A stretch of 44,236 bases of DNA, taken from contig NMRA01000365.1 of the NCBI GenBank assembly GCA_002633005.1, forward strand, positions 21,181-65,416. The letters are read 5' to 3'. This DNA comes from Phoronis australis (Eukaryota; Animalia; Phoronida). Both the position numbers and the translations under genes were made by a program. Below the pieces are notes generated by a model. It saw nothing but the letters and a program-made list of their open reading frames with translations, ran no database searches and was not told the origin of the DNA. Below are positions 1 through 12,480 of the stretch, piece by piece (the stretch's first letter is position 1; the number at the start of each line of letters is the position of its first letter).

Positions 1-498
1 GCCCTTCAGATCGTGTCTGATTGGTTGAAATTGTGTACTTAAGCTTTGTCTCTGTCAGACACGAGGAGTCCAGTCGCAGAGTTCAAGAAGCAAACATGTA
101 CACCTTCACTCACACCAAATTGCAACTGTTTGTGCAGCTTTCGGGCTCCTCCCGAACTTGGTTGCCAATAGTTTAGCCCCATGCAATTCTCGGGCTCCTC
201 CCGAGCTTGAATGCATCTCACCTTTCGGATCTGAATAACCAAATTGCCCCGTTCTAGCACACACAACTATTAATCAGCGACTGGCTTGCCCGTGTATCAG
301 AACTGTATAAATCACAACGCTGCGATACTAAATCATATGGAACAACTGGATTGCTTGTAAGTGTGAAATATTGTAGTTATATATTCTTACAATAAACCTA
401 TGTATTATTCACCAACTTTTAGTTTTCAACATCACCCTCAGTCCGCACCGGGCTCGTAAAATCGGGGCGCCTTGGTCGTAGATACCGCCCCCGTTACA
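1..498 (+). mobile_element. Possible 3' part of an LTR (solo LTR or LTR retrotransposon end)
   Basis: AATAAA at 391 followed about 100 bp later by a ...CCCCGTTACA terminus (493-498), like TGTAAC...GTTACA LTR ends. The 5' end is outside the window and no internal coding sequence is seen. Confidence 0.25.
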
Positions 499-1397
499 CT
501 AGAAAACCGCATTTTCTTGTTAATAATGTTACTTTAACTGACGTGTTTTACCCTATGCAGAATCCAGAATCAAACTCAGTTTGGACTGCATAGAAACCAA
601 ACGAGACTTTCTGAAGCGAAACATGGTTAATTTAGCATCTTATGTAGGCCTACTAAAAAACAAACAACAGCATCCTTTCATAAGTGGCCACTTCTGTTGA
701 ACGTGTTTTCATTACTCAACAGGTCTCGACCACCCCAGAACAAGGGGATGTATTCAAAATACCGGCTGGAGCACCTGTAAAAGTGGTCAAAAGGCTTCTT
801 TTGGATGGTCGATTTTCAGCGAAGCAGAGTGCGCATGGTGTCGATCTTTTCTAAGTTTTACTTGTGGAGGTAAGACACCCTGAAATGAAATCTATTTTAA
901 GACACACGTAATCCCGTAAGTCGCACTGAGTTATTCAAGCCCGAATAAAGTTAGTAGCATTTTTTCCATTAAACGGTCAATGAATTACATTTTGTCGTAG
1001 TATAATTAGGAACGCTAGCTTTTTATTAAGAAAACAAGACAAAGGGGTCCACCTAAAGGCCAAACCTTGAACCATTTAAAAACCACGGTATTAACGGTGG
1101 TGCTGCGTAAGGCTTAAATACATGATTGAATTGTCCACCGACATCAGCCAGTTGGCCCGCTATTTACAGTTGATGGGTCTTGGATTCTTTAATTAACACC
1201 TTTTCACAGCTCACCATTTGCACTTATATGAATATTCAATCATTTCCGTGGTATTATATTAAGTTTTGTGTTTTACACCACCCCCCCAGTACCGAAATCG
1301 CTACAACGGGCTACAGGAGTGGGGTATGTCTAGCAAAACATTTACTTTATTTTATTTCGTCGTGTGTATAAAAAAACCTCCAGGATTTAAAGGGATG

Positions 1398-3536
1398 ATA
1401 AGCCAACCTGCCTGTCCCGAGCTTGGAATACGACAAGCACTCCGGACCTTGCCATAGCCATGGAGGACATCCAGAAAACATGCAACAGGATTGTCGCCAA
1501 CCAGTTAGGAGGGAGCGACCACCTACCAGTCCTACTTAAGCTTTCACTACTAGAACAACCCACCGTCACAAAAAAAGCCTAGCTGGAACTACAAAAAGGC
1601 AAACTGGATGAAGTTTAAAAATCTGACAGACACACTATGAGGAAAAACCGCCACTGACTCAAAGCAAGACATCAACATCAATGTCAGGCGAATTTCAAAC
1701 TGCACTCTCCAGGCAGCACGCCGGAGCATATCAAGGGGAAGACGAAGAGATTACAAACCATACAGGTGTGACCGCTTGCAAAGTCTCCATGACCAAGTAA
1801 TATCAACCAGAGAGCAACTTGAAAAAGACCCCACACGGGAAAACACAGCAATCTACAACCAAGCAAGAGCTGCATTTGAAGAGGAAAAGACAACAGAAAT
1901 CCGCTAGTCCTGGCACGAAAAGACCAGCTCTCTAAACACGGAGAAAGACACAGGGAAACTCTGGCAGCTCACAAAGACCCTAAACGACGCTCCTAAAAGA
2001 AAATGGACAGACTTACACTGGGAGAAGAGCCGCATACCTGCTTGCTGAGAATTTTAGACAGCCTCCTGGACATTCCCAGGCAGAAAACAGCAGAAGTCCG
2101 AATAAAGAAAACAGAGGAACTAAGAAAGAGGCAAGAACAACAAACTGCCAGCATGACTAACAACTTCACCAGGCTTACTTGGTCCCCTCACATTGCTGCC
2201 ATACGCAGCAAAGCTACTAAGAAAATTTCTGTGATGAAGAAACTTGCTGGTACCAGTCGGGGAGCAAAAATAAAGATCTTGACCCAAGGTTACACGGGAT
2301 CTGTCAGACCCCAGGTGAAGTAAGCCTCTAACGCATGGTCTACAGCTGCCAAAACCAACTCAGACAACTTATCCAGGGTTCAGAATACTGGTCTGCGCCT
2401 AATCAAAGGAGGCATGAAGACCACCTCCATCACGGAAATGGAGAAGACGGCAGGCTTAAGCTCATTGGAAGAAAGACGGGATGAGAAACTCCTAAGACAA
2501 GGCAAACAGATGAAGCGGCTTCCATCACATCCACTGCACTCCAAACTCCAAGGCCCGACCAAAAACCGCACCTAGAGGCAGAGCCCAAACCACCTCATCA
2601 AGGCACTTCAGCAGAAACATCAACTTCTGCTATTTTCAATCAACCAACTACTAGAAATGCTCCAAGATTTTGAAGAATGGTCCCTGGACATTCCCCCCAT
2701 CATTCTCGACATCCCTGGGATTGAAGCAAAGCATACATAACTGGAGGCAGTCCTGAAGGCCCTCACCCTAGAAACCCTGGAGAGAGGCTACCCTACCATC
2801 ACGTGGACCCGAGTTTTTACAGATGGCTCTGCAGGGAATGCTGTCAGAAACGGAGGAGGAGGTGGTGTATTCATCAAATACCCAGACGGCAGCACTCTGC
2901 GCAAGTCCATTGCCACAAGCCTTTACTCCACCAACTACAGAGCTGAGGCAAATGCACTGTACCGCGCAGACCAGACACTCCACCAGTTAACGAGGCTCCC
3001 GGATCAGACAGTCTTCCTCACAGACTGCCGATCTCTTCTGCAGAACCTCTAGACAACAGAGAGAAAGAGAGTCCATATCCTGCAGTCCATCAAGCAAGAG
3101 ATGACATTCTCAGCAGCAAAACCACTGTTGTGCTGCAATTGATTCCCTCCCACTGCGGCATCAGCGGCAACCAGGAAGCAGACAAGCTCTCCTAGGCAGG
3201 AAGCAAACTGGAGCAGACGTCGCACCCATCATCATGTGGAGAAGTAAAAACCCTCTTACGAAGTCACTTTAGAAATGCCTGGAGGGCACGCCTATGTCTG
3301 GGGACTGAAGAAGACTATATCCACCAGCTTGACCGACAGGAACAAGTCACTATCTTCAGGCTAAGAACCGGCTACTGCCAGCCGCTCTCCCACATGCATG
3401 GCATGAAAATCTCTCATACAGACGAGTGCCCCTGGGGCCCGACGGCATCATTGCGGCGAACTGCAGACTTCGCCCAAAAGACCAGAGTTGCTATCTAAGC
3501 TACATGGCCGGGAACGCTGAAGAAGAAGACGAAGAA
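1398..3536 (+). mobile_element. Decayed I-group (Ingi-like) non-LTR retrotransposon, 5'-truncated, RT core deleted
   Basis: APE endonuclease C-terminus (TSTPDLAIA...QLGGSDHLPV, SWNYKKANW); post-RT region (LTWSPHI...KKLAGTSRGA...SVRP, RVQNTGLRLIKGGMKTT); RNase H (VFTDGSA, STNYRAEANAL, VFLTDCRSLLQ, IPSHCGISGNQEADKL); IFRLRTGYC; (GAA)n-like tail at about 3519-3536. Perfect 10-bp TSD TAAAGGGATG at 1388-1397 and 3537-3546. Many stops and frameshifts. Confidence 0.9.
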
Positions 3537-5551
3537 TAAAGGGATGTACTTTCAAAAATTCGAACGTGTGTTTATGAAAGATCTCATAAGTAACGAACCG
3601 AGAGTGATGTAGATGAAATAATGTCCAACGAGACATGATTTAACGTATCGGGCGAGACAGAATCTGACTTCAAAAATATAATGACCGACGAGAGTAACGT
3701 ATTACTCAGGTCCGGGCGGCGTAGCCGGCATTGCGCGGAGGGGTGATCCGAATTTCTAGAACGGTGTACCTTTGATATTTTGCAAACTTCGACACTGTAA
3801 GGTTTCGGTAAGGCCATTGACGCAACTCTGTTCCTGAGATGAGACGGAATTCGTAATACTACTAGAAGTGATGAGGATGCCGTGACGGTTGCTGGCAAAG
3901 AAGGAAACTCAACTTCGGGTGTAATGTGGTCTAGAAAGAGAACGTTCTCGTGCACCTCCTGCCAAACTTACAAATCAGAGTGATTACACTTCATTACATA
4001 CTCAGACGGAAATACTTAGTCGGAGATGATCGACGAAATTTTTCATCTGACGGTTGTATTTTTATGTGTTACTTAAGTTGTTGACATCACTGGAAATGGG
4101 AACAGCCCACTATTCCAAATGTTCACTACTCCGAAGGATCACCACTTCAAAATTTCGGACTCAAGTGTAATTTTTACAAGCAAAAATAAATGATACTTTG
4201 GTGAGTGGTGTATCTATACCAAAAACAACGCCCGGGTACTAATACACTGTTTGCTTGAATTTCATGTTTATTCGAAATTGCCCGCATGTCTTACGAATAC
4301 GAAAAAATGGGTGTGTACATGTATTTTTAAAAGAATGTGAAATTAGAATATTGATGAATTATCATCTGCAATAAATTCTTGGATCCATGTCAAGATCGCA
4401 GTATTTCAAAGCGCCGATTGAAAAGTTTGGGGCAACGACCGGGTCGAAACTAGTTGTAGTTAATAGGCTACCCTGTCAGACTTCACGAAGTCAAAGAGTC
4501 CCATTCAGTCTTTGTAAATTTAACACCGCCGTTGGTCGCCGCAGCCCTGACCCGATGTTGCCCCTGCTTGAAAATGAGTGGTTAGATAGATCCAAGAATC
4601 ACAATTAGCAGTGAATGGAACTAAGCTCATTTGCAAACATTGTAATCAATGTTTTAAAAATCATCCAACTCTTGCACACCCTTTAAAGGGTTACTAAATG
4701 GACACAAATACAATACTTTATTAATGCCAGTTCCGACTCATTAACAAAGCAATGAGCTAGTTTCGAAACTAGATATTCGAAGTAGTGAACTTGAAGGCAG
4801 TGGTGAACCTGCGGAGTAGTGGACCTTCAGAGCAGTGAACCTTCGATCGATACCCCCCGAATCCCCCTGGCTAGGAGCCGGTGTGTTGTTATTTCATCAG
4901 ATCACCATTGGCCGCCAACAAAAATCTGCTTATCGAGGAATGACAGCTTTAATCCTCATCATGACATTGTGCTGTGGAGTATCTTTATCTGCACCCAAGT
5001 TTAATCTAGCTTGCTCATACGGCTTAGACTCATAGCCTAAGTGAATCTTATGCCCAAGTGACAACCTACCATTAAAATCTGAATACCTGCCGTTGTTGTA
5101 TTGGGAGAATGTTTTTAAAGCACTTTGTTTTGCTAACTACAAAAGAAAATCGAATTAGGTCTTTTACTGTCATACCACCAGTTTCTTAATATTCCTTAGG
5201 ATTCTATTTCCGCTACAATGTGCGACTCAAGAAAACGCTTCTGTCAACTCTGAAACAGTAAAATTGCTAATTCAAAAAGGCGCATGTTTTAATTGCCTGT
5301 AAGGGAAATAAAATCCTATCATGGCAAAGAATATTATGGGACCGGTTTTAAGACTGGATAATGTATTACTGAGAATATTCCCTACTCATCAAGGACGGGC
5401 ATACGTTTTGAAGGAAAATAAACTTGCATTTCTCTTTGGCTAGCTGACGGGTCTTTTACTCTCATAAAATCGGTCTCGTAATACTCCTAACCTAAATTGC
5501 GAATTCAAAAATGGCACACGTGACCTGAGTCGATAACGGAAATGAAGTCCT

Positions 5552-5963
5552 ATGACTGTAACGGAAACTGTGAGACTGGTGAACAAACCTAATTCTATTT
5601 GCGTTTTTAGTCAGCCAAACAGTTCGAAATGTAACTTTAATTTCACAGATTGGAACAACGTTGGAAATCGCATTCAAGAATATTTCAATACAATACTTGG
5701 ATTATCTATGTTAGGATGTGACAGAAGACGAGAAGTACCTTTCCTACACAGTCTAAAAATTGGGTTCTTGCAGTCCTGGTCAATGACTCATAATTGTGAA
5801 TCTATTGAAAAATGGCAGTGCCAGATAATTAAGGTATTCAACAGTTCTTGTTTGGACACAGTGGACATCTGCAACTTACCCATTACAAATGTTACTTCAT
5901 CGAATTGTATAGAGGATCCGAGGTATACAATTGTAGGGATGGAAGCTACGTATGAGTGCCAAG
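5552..5963 (+). CDS. Open part of a Cys-rich extracellular-type exon (copy 1); function unknown, possibly pseudogenic
   Basis: 143-aa ORF with multiple Cys and several NxS/T sequons, ending at a consensus donor CAAG|GTAAGT. The upstream continuation has stops. Confidence 0.3.
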
Positions 5964-7322
5964 GTAAGTCCACGTTTCAATAAATCTTCTTTCAAATAAT
6001 TTTCTAGAAGCGTGTAAAAAACAGAACACAATTTTCTAGAACAAATTATTTGAATTACTCTTTTCAAGGCCGGGGACAATCTAATNCATGTATTTTTAAA
6101 ACAATGTGAAATTAGAATATTGATGAATTATCAACTGCAATAAATTCTTGGATCCATGTCAAGATCGCATTATTTCAAAGCGCCGATTGAAAAGTTTGGG
6201 GCAACGACCGGGTCGAAACTAGATGTAGTTAATAGACTACCCTGTCGGACTTCACGAAGTCAAAGAGTCCCATTCAGTCTTTGTAAATTTAATACCGCCG
6301 TTGGTCGCCGCAGCCCTGACCCGATGTTGCCCCTGCTTGAAAATGAGTGGTTAGATAGATCCAAGAATCACAATCAGCAGTGATTGGAACTAAATTCATT
6401 TGTAAACATTGTAATCAATGTTTTAAAAATCATCCAACTCTTGCACACCCTTTAAAGGGTTACTAAATGGACACAAATATAATACTTTATTAATGCCAGT
6501 TCCGACTCATTAACAAAGCAATGAACTAGTTTCGAAACTGTAGATATTCAAAGTAGTGAACTTGAAGGCAGTGGTGAACCTGCGGAGTGGGGGACCTTCA
6601 CAGCAGTGAACCTTCGATCGATAGCCCCGAATTCCCCTGGCTAGGAGCCTGTGTGTTGTTATTTCATCAGATCACCATTGGCCGTCAACAAAACTCTGCT
6701 TAATGGAGGATTGACAGCTTTAATCCTCATCATGACATTGTGCTGTGGAATATCTTTATCTGCACCCAAGTTTAATCTAGCTTGCTTATACGGCTTAGAC
6801 TCATAGCTCAAGTGAATCTTATGCCCAAGTGACAACCTACCATTGAAATCTGAATACCTGCCGTTGTTGTATTGGGAGAATGTTTTTAAAGCACTTTGTA
6901 TTGCTGACTACAAAATAAAATCGAATTAGGTCTTTTACTGTCATACCACCAGTCTCTTAATATTCCTTAGGATTCTATTTCCGCTACAATGTGCGACTCA
7001 AGAAAACGCTTCTGTCAACTCTGAAACAGTAAAATTGCTAATTCAAAAAGGCGCATGTATTAATTGCCTGTAAGGGAAATAAAATCCTATCATGGAAAAG
7101 AATATTATGGGACCGGTTTTAAGACTGGATAATGTATTACTGAGAATATTCCCTACTCATCAAGGACGGGCATACGTTTTGAAGGAAAATAAACTTGCAT
7201 TTCTCTTTGGCTAGCTGACGGGTCTTTTACTCTCATAAAATCGGTCTCGTAATACTCCTAACCTAAATTGCGAATTCAAAAATGGCACACGTGACCTGAG
7301 TCGATAACGGAAATGAAGTCCT

Positions 7323-7734
7323 ATGACTGTAACGGAAACTGTGAGACTGGTGAACAAACCTAATTCTATTTGCGTTTTTAGTCAGCCAAACAGTTCGAAA
7401 TGTAACTTTAATTTCACAGATTGGAACAACGTTGGAAATCGCATTCAAGAATATTTCAATACAATACTTGGATTATCTATGTTAGGATGTGACAGAAGAC
7501 GAGAAGTACCTTTCCTACACAGTCTAAAAATTGGGTTCTTGCAGTCCTGGTCAATGACTCATAATTGTGAATCTATTGAAAAATGGCAGTGCCAGATAAT
7601 TAAGGTATTCAACAGTTCTTGTTTGGACACAGTGGACATCTGCAACTTACCCATTACAAATGTTACTTCATCGAATTGTATAGAGGATCCGAGGTATACA
7701 ATTGTAGGGATGGAAGCTACGTATGAGTGCCAAG
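7323..7734 (+). CDS. Open part of the Cys-rich extracellular-type exon (copy 2)
   Basis: Identical to 5552-5963, inside the duplicated block. Confidence 0.3.
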
Positions 7735-8290
7735 GTAAGTCCACGTTTCAATAAATCTTCTTTCAAATAATTTTCTAGAAGCGTGTAAAAAACAGAACAC
7801 AATTTTCTAGAACAAATTATTTGAATTACTCTTTTCAAGGCCGGGGACAATCTAATATTGGGCACAGTAGAACAAAGCTGACAGACTAACATTTTCGGAT
7901 TTTATTCTCTGGCACTCTTCCGGTTTGAGTGAAGAATTGTGAATTTTCTGAATTTCATTTTGATGGAAATCGAATAAAAGGATTCAAATTACTTGTATAT
8001 GACAAAATGTAGCAAAATGACAAATCATGTGTTAGAAAAGAGGTTTGAAAATTGAACCCCGGGAGTGGACTGCGGTGCCCTCGAATGGATGGCTCTTTTT
8101 GGAGCGTGCGAGGAGTTTAAGGGTGATGGTCTGGGGATTTCAACCGTATGTCACTAGTCAGTTAATGGCCTTGTAGGATCGTATCTGGAATTTAGAGGCA
8201 CGGTCATGGAATCGTTTCCTTGTCTTCCAGACTTCCTAAAGGAAAGTCCTCAATATGGACTTGAGTCTTTGATCTTTGCAGCAATCGAAG

Positions 8291-8544
8291 GCATAAAAGT
8301 TATACGCTGCCTATTAACAATGACGTCGCATTGTCATGCGCCACGTTGTTATTGTTGAACAATGCACTGGCGTCATGCAAAAATCAAACTTATTCAGCGG
8401 ATAATTTTGAAGTTTTATGCAGCCCAGACCTAGGGTTATTGTTGCATGACGTCAGGTGCATTGTTCAACAATAACGACGTGGCACGTGATAACGAGACGT
8501 CATTGTTACTATGCAGCGTATAAATTTTATGCAACTGGGCCCTG
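8291..8544. mobile_element. MITE with long imperfect inverted repeats (PIF/Harbinger-like end)
   Basis: About 95-bp arms: GCATAAAAGTTATACGCTGC...GCGTCATGCAA versus TTGCATGACGTC...GCAGCGTATAAATTTTATGC. The right end is TTTTATGCAACTGGGCCCTG. Confidence 0.7.
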
Positions 8545-9210
8545 AAGTGCAACTATTGAGAACCAACTTACATTGTTTCACATGTCTACTTGAAGCTGCT
8601 GTAAACCAAGCTAATGAATCGAAAATAACTTTCTTCAAAGACGCATACTCTTCCAAAGCAATCTCATTCTGTTCTTAATCTTTTAATTTATGATAGATAA
8701 TAATAAAACACATAAGATTCTATTAACTGGCATACTGTCTTGGTGTCTGAAGCTTATCCGCTGTGAAAGACAACTTATCGAAAAATTTGAAGCATAAACG
8801 ACCTGCCAGTTCTCAAACCAAGAAATAATTTATGTCTACGTAAGGAAGATGATGACTCCGTGGATTAAAGCAAAGGTTGTTTGTACTGAAGTCTCGGGGG
8901 GTGTTACTCTTCAAAAGAATCGTTTTCTATGGATTCAAGTTGTACGATGTTCCCAAGCTATTGAAACAGGACGAATTTTATGCCTGGAAACTCATCTCGA
9001 TACCTTTTCACCAGGTTTATCACAACGGGAAAATTGTGTCCTAAAGAGATTTTATCAAGCGTCACTTCATTTGACAAACACGTTGTTTGTCGAAGAAAGG
9101 GGCATGATATTGACAAAAATAGGTGTTGCAACACGCAAAATGTTACCGTAATCATACTTGTAGAGATTAAGAGGAACTCAGTTATAACATTTAGTTTGTG
9201 ATTGATTTGA

Positions 9211-9418
9211 CTGTAGCACTAGTACCTGTAGCTTCAACAGAAAGAGACAGTACTGCTGTTGTCTGTAGCACTAGTACCTGTAGTTTCAACAGAAAGAGAC
9301 AGTACTGCTGTTGTCTGTAGCACTAGTACCTGTAGCTTCTACAGAAAGAGACAGTACTGCTGTTGTCTGTAGCACTAGTACCTGTAGCTTCTACAGAAAG
9401 AGAGAGTACTGCTGTTGT
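9211..9418. repeat. 52-bp minisatellite, 4 copies
   Basis: Unit CTGTAGCACTAGTACCTGTAGCTTC(A/T)ACAGAAAGAGACAGTACTGCTGTTGT starting at 9211, 9263, 9315 and 9367. Confidence 0.95.
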
Positions 9419-10450
9419 GTCGGCAATTGATATGTCTATAGCTTCTACAGACGGTCATACACATATAGTGCCGGTAACAAAAGTCAATACGCCTGTAGAT
9501 GTTGTAGGAAGAGGCGATATATCTGAAGCTTCAACAGGAAGAGTCGGCACGTCTGTACATTCAGTAGAAAGAGACGGTACGTCTACAGTATTGACAAGAA
9601 CAGTGACTGGATCTATAGTTTCAACAAGAAGAGCCGATACTTCTGTAGCTTCAACAAAAAGAGTCGATACGTCTGTCTCGCCAACTGGAGTCGGATCTGC
9701 TGCAGCACCAGGAGGAATTATTGATCTACATGTAGGATCAACAGAAAGTCTTCAAAACCCAGCAGTGCAGGTTAAGGTAAAACTGTTACACGGGTACTTG
9801 GGGGCGTCAGAATTCCGTACAATGTATTGTAATCGAGGATGATATTGGCTACCGTAGAGACAACTCATGTTAAACCTAATTTGCGGGAACCTGTTGCATC
9901 TAATACGTGATCAGGATACAGTAAAAAGATTTTAATAAAAAAAGAAACTGACAAAGCTAAAGAAATACTGCTGCTCATGTTGTACAATTGATATACTGAT
10001 GTCGAACGTCAGCTTAAATCTCGCGGCATGCTAACCGCACTTATGTTGGTCTCCATGATAGCAAGTTGCAGCATATGTAACTAAAAATAACGATGGATTT
10101 AAACCGGCTTCACATGTTCCGGCGTTTACTAAAACACCATCCTTAGAAGTAAAAACACTGGGCATCTTGCTAGTCCCAACAACAAGTAGTGATACACAGA
10201 CACAGTCAGTTACAGAAGACTAGACTAACAATGACAATCTGTGGTGTTCCAGTTTTCGTATTGATACTGGGCTTACAATTGGTAAGTAGAGCCTCACGAA
10301 TTTTCAGCTCCTTTGTTGTTTCTGCTTGGTCTATTATAACAAAGTCGTTGAAAGAGCATTGCTCATAACAATGATTGGAGCTTGCTCAGTTTTCGTTGAG
10401 GGTATTCTTGGCGTTAAAACCAACATAGGGTATTTTAAAATAAGTAAGTA

Positions 10451-10516
10451 TATACATACATACATACATACATACATAATACATACATACATACATACAT
10501 ATATATATATATATAT
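10451..10516. repeat. (TACA)n/(TA)n microsatellite
   Basis: Directly visible in the sequence. Confidence 0.95.
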
Positions 10517-10549
10517 GTCTGTCTTCGTCTCAGATATAATGATCAGTAG

Positions 10550-11700
10550 ATGAAAATTGACATCCGTGATTCCGTTGCACACAGAAGCCACAAGAATGTT
10601 TGCAATAATCTAATGGCCAAGACTGAACAACTATGGAACATGCCTAGTGATGTCCAGGTCACAGCTTTGAATCATACAAACAATTTCCTCACGGAAATTG
10701 GTGATGGATGGCTTACCGCAGATCACAAGAATGGGGTGGTTTGTTGTACGGATAGCTCTAAACTGGAAAATGGCCAGACAGGTGCTGAAGTTTATTTTCC
10801 AAGCCTCCTTGTTGCAAATGTAGGAAGCAGGATATCGCTAGGCAATCTTGCCACAGTGTTCCAAGCTGAGATCATTGCAATTCATAGAGCTTCTGAACTG
10901 GAACGGCAACATAACACCGAGCTGGGCAATTAGCCAATTACCACCTTTTCAAATAGCCAAGCAGCAATAAAAGCCCTCAAACCAAGGGCAACTCTCGTTG
11001 TATTAATGCTTGTACCAATGAGTTTAACGAGCTTGCAATTGGAAGAAACGTCAATATACACTGGGTCAGGGCCCATGTTGGAATTGATGGCAATGAGAAT
11101 GCAGACAGACTCGCAAAGATAGGAGCATGCGTTCTGCATTGTGTACGTGCCATTCCGGTATCTACGGATGCTGCAGGATGAGTGTACGCATCAGGGTATA
11201 CATACCCAGTCATCAGCCCAGTGGGCATCACTTAACTCCTGCAGAGAGACCAAGGAGAATTTTCCCAACGTGATCAAACCAAAAGGTTCAAAACACCATT
11301 TGAGTCTAGGTAGATTGGGCATAACACACGTTATTCAAATTTTGACGGGCCATTGTAAACTAGTCCGACACAGACACAGACACATTACTGGGCTTATGTT
11401 GAGCCCAGTTTGTCCCGAGTGTGGTACTGACGTTGAAAGCCCTAAACATCTGGTAGAGTCGTGCCCAGCTTTTTTGGCTAAGGAGCAGCCTACTGGATGG
11501 CACTGTTACATGCCTATAACATATAGTGCATGGCAACAAATGAAAACGTCTGCCGTTTTCTTAAAGCAGACGGGCAGACTTGAAAACTTCCTTCACGTAG
11601 AACCATAACGGGGCTCTCATGCATTAGCTCCGGTGTTTTGTACAATGGGTCCAACCGTGAGGCCTGTGCGCGTCTGATGCACCGCAAATTACATCAGGCT
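10550..11700 (+). mobile_element. 3' fragment of an RNase H-containing non-LTR retrotransposon (I/R1-Loa group-like)
   Basis: RNase H motifs CCTDSSKLENGQTGA, ATVFQAEIIAI, FSNSQAAIKAL and HWVRAHVGIDGNENADRLAKIGA. C-terminal QILTGHC...CPECGTDVESPKHLVESCPAF zinc-knuckle. Frameshifted, with a 3' UTR stem-loop at about 11673-11698. Confidence 0.85.
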
Positions 11701-11759
11701 AATTCTCTCCCTTCGTGCGTCCCTGCGGATGGGCATGAGCTGTCTTACAACATCTCTGT

Positions 11760-12480
11760 GGCGCTTTTTATTGCCCATCTTACCAGAGATTACCTATTAT
11801 ACTTATTTACCTGTATTCATTTTATTGTAATTGTACTAGTCATAATAAATGACCTTATATCGCCTACATCAGTCTCCTTTCATCTCTGGTAACGAGCTTG
11901 CGACGCACGTATCATTTATCTATTATCCGGGACATATGTCGATCATAAATGGCATTTCATTCGTTAAGTATATTTATGTGAGCATATGGACTCGCCTTAC
12001 TCCTTTTCCCCCTCATCTTGGTCTATTCCATTATTCCCTTGTGCAGGACTACCCGACGTTTTTCCAGCCTTCGCATTGGTCTGTTGTTATCACGTGCCTC
12101 GAGTTTGGTCAGCTCTTGGCTCTTATAGGCTGATGATTGTCACGTGTCTTTAGGGGCGTTTTTCTTTGTTATTGTAACCTCGCTTTCAATTCACTTTGTT
12201 CCAGCCACATTGTCGTACGTCAAAAACTCATTCAATTTTCCCACCCTCTTCCTCCCAGTTTTCGTCATTCTCTCGTACTTCCACGTGGCCGGCGCTTTTT
12301 ATTGCTCATCTTACCAGAGATTACCTATTATACTTATTTACCTGTATTCATTTTATTGTAATTGTACTAGTCATAATAAATGACCTTATATCGCCTACAT
12401 CAGTCTCCTTTCATCTCTGGTAACGAGCTTGCGACGCACGTATCATTTATCTATTATCCGGGGCATATGTCGATCATAAA
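11760..12480. repeat. About 190-bp direct repeat (11760-11949 and 12291-12480), with LTR-like features
   Basis: Near-identical copies 531 bp apart that contain AATAAA. The segment 12137-12445 starts TGTCACGTG and ends CACGTATCA, an imperfect inverted TG...CA pair. Confidence 0.75.

Larger units (their letters stand above)
4318..7856. repeat. About 1.77-kb direct duplication (4318-6085 and 6087-7856) joined by a single N; probable haplotype or assembly artefact
   Basis: Copies abut at the N at 6086. They show scattered SNPs and small indels in the first half and essentially identical sequence in the second half. ORFs 5552..5983 and 7323..7754 are identical. Confidence 0.9.
4026..10281 (+). 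pseudogene. Probable decayed exons of a secreted or membrane ectodomain (Cys-rich, lectin/WSC-like remnants plus Ser/Thr-rich stalk)
   Basis: Exon-like blocks end in phase-1 consensus donors: 4026-4200 (MIDEIFHLTVVFLCVT*..., G|GTGAGT), about 5200-5963 (Cys- and N-glycosylation-rich ORF, CAAG|GTAAGT, duplicated to 7734) and about 8697-10281 (WIKAKVVC/GCY remnants, S/T-rich ORF 9363-9842, ATTG|GTAAGT). In-frame stops and frameshifts occur throughout. Confidence 0.35.

Noticed and set aside
3584-3955. 123-aa minus-strand ORF
   Set aside because: No recognisable domain or splice context; compatible with a chance ORF.
4318-7856. Apparent tandem exon or gene duplication of 1.77 kb
   Set aside because: The copies meet exactly at a single N and differ only at allele-like levels, typical of uncollapsed haplotypes at a contig join. 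Half read depth would confirm the artefact.
9211-9418. Regularly spaced repeats resembling a CRISPR array (also 43876-44236)
   Set aside because: Units are contiguous with no unique spacers, the context is eukaryotic, and there are no cas genes.
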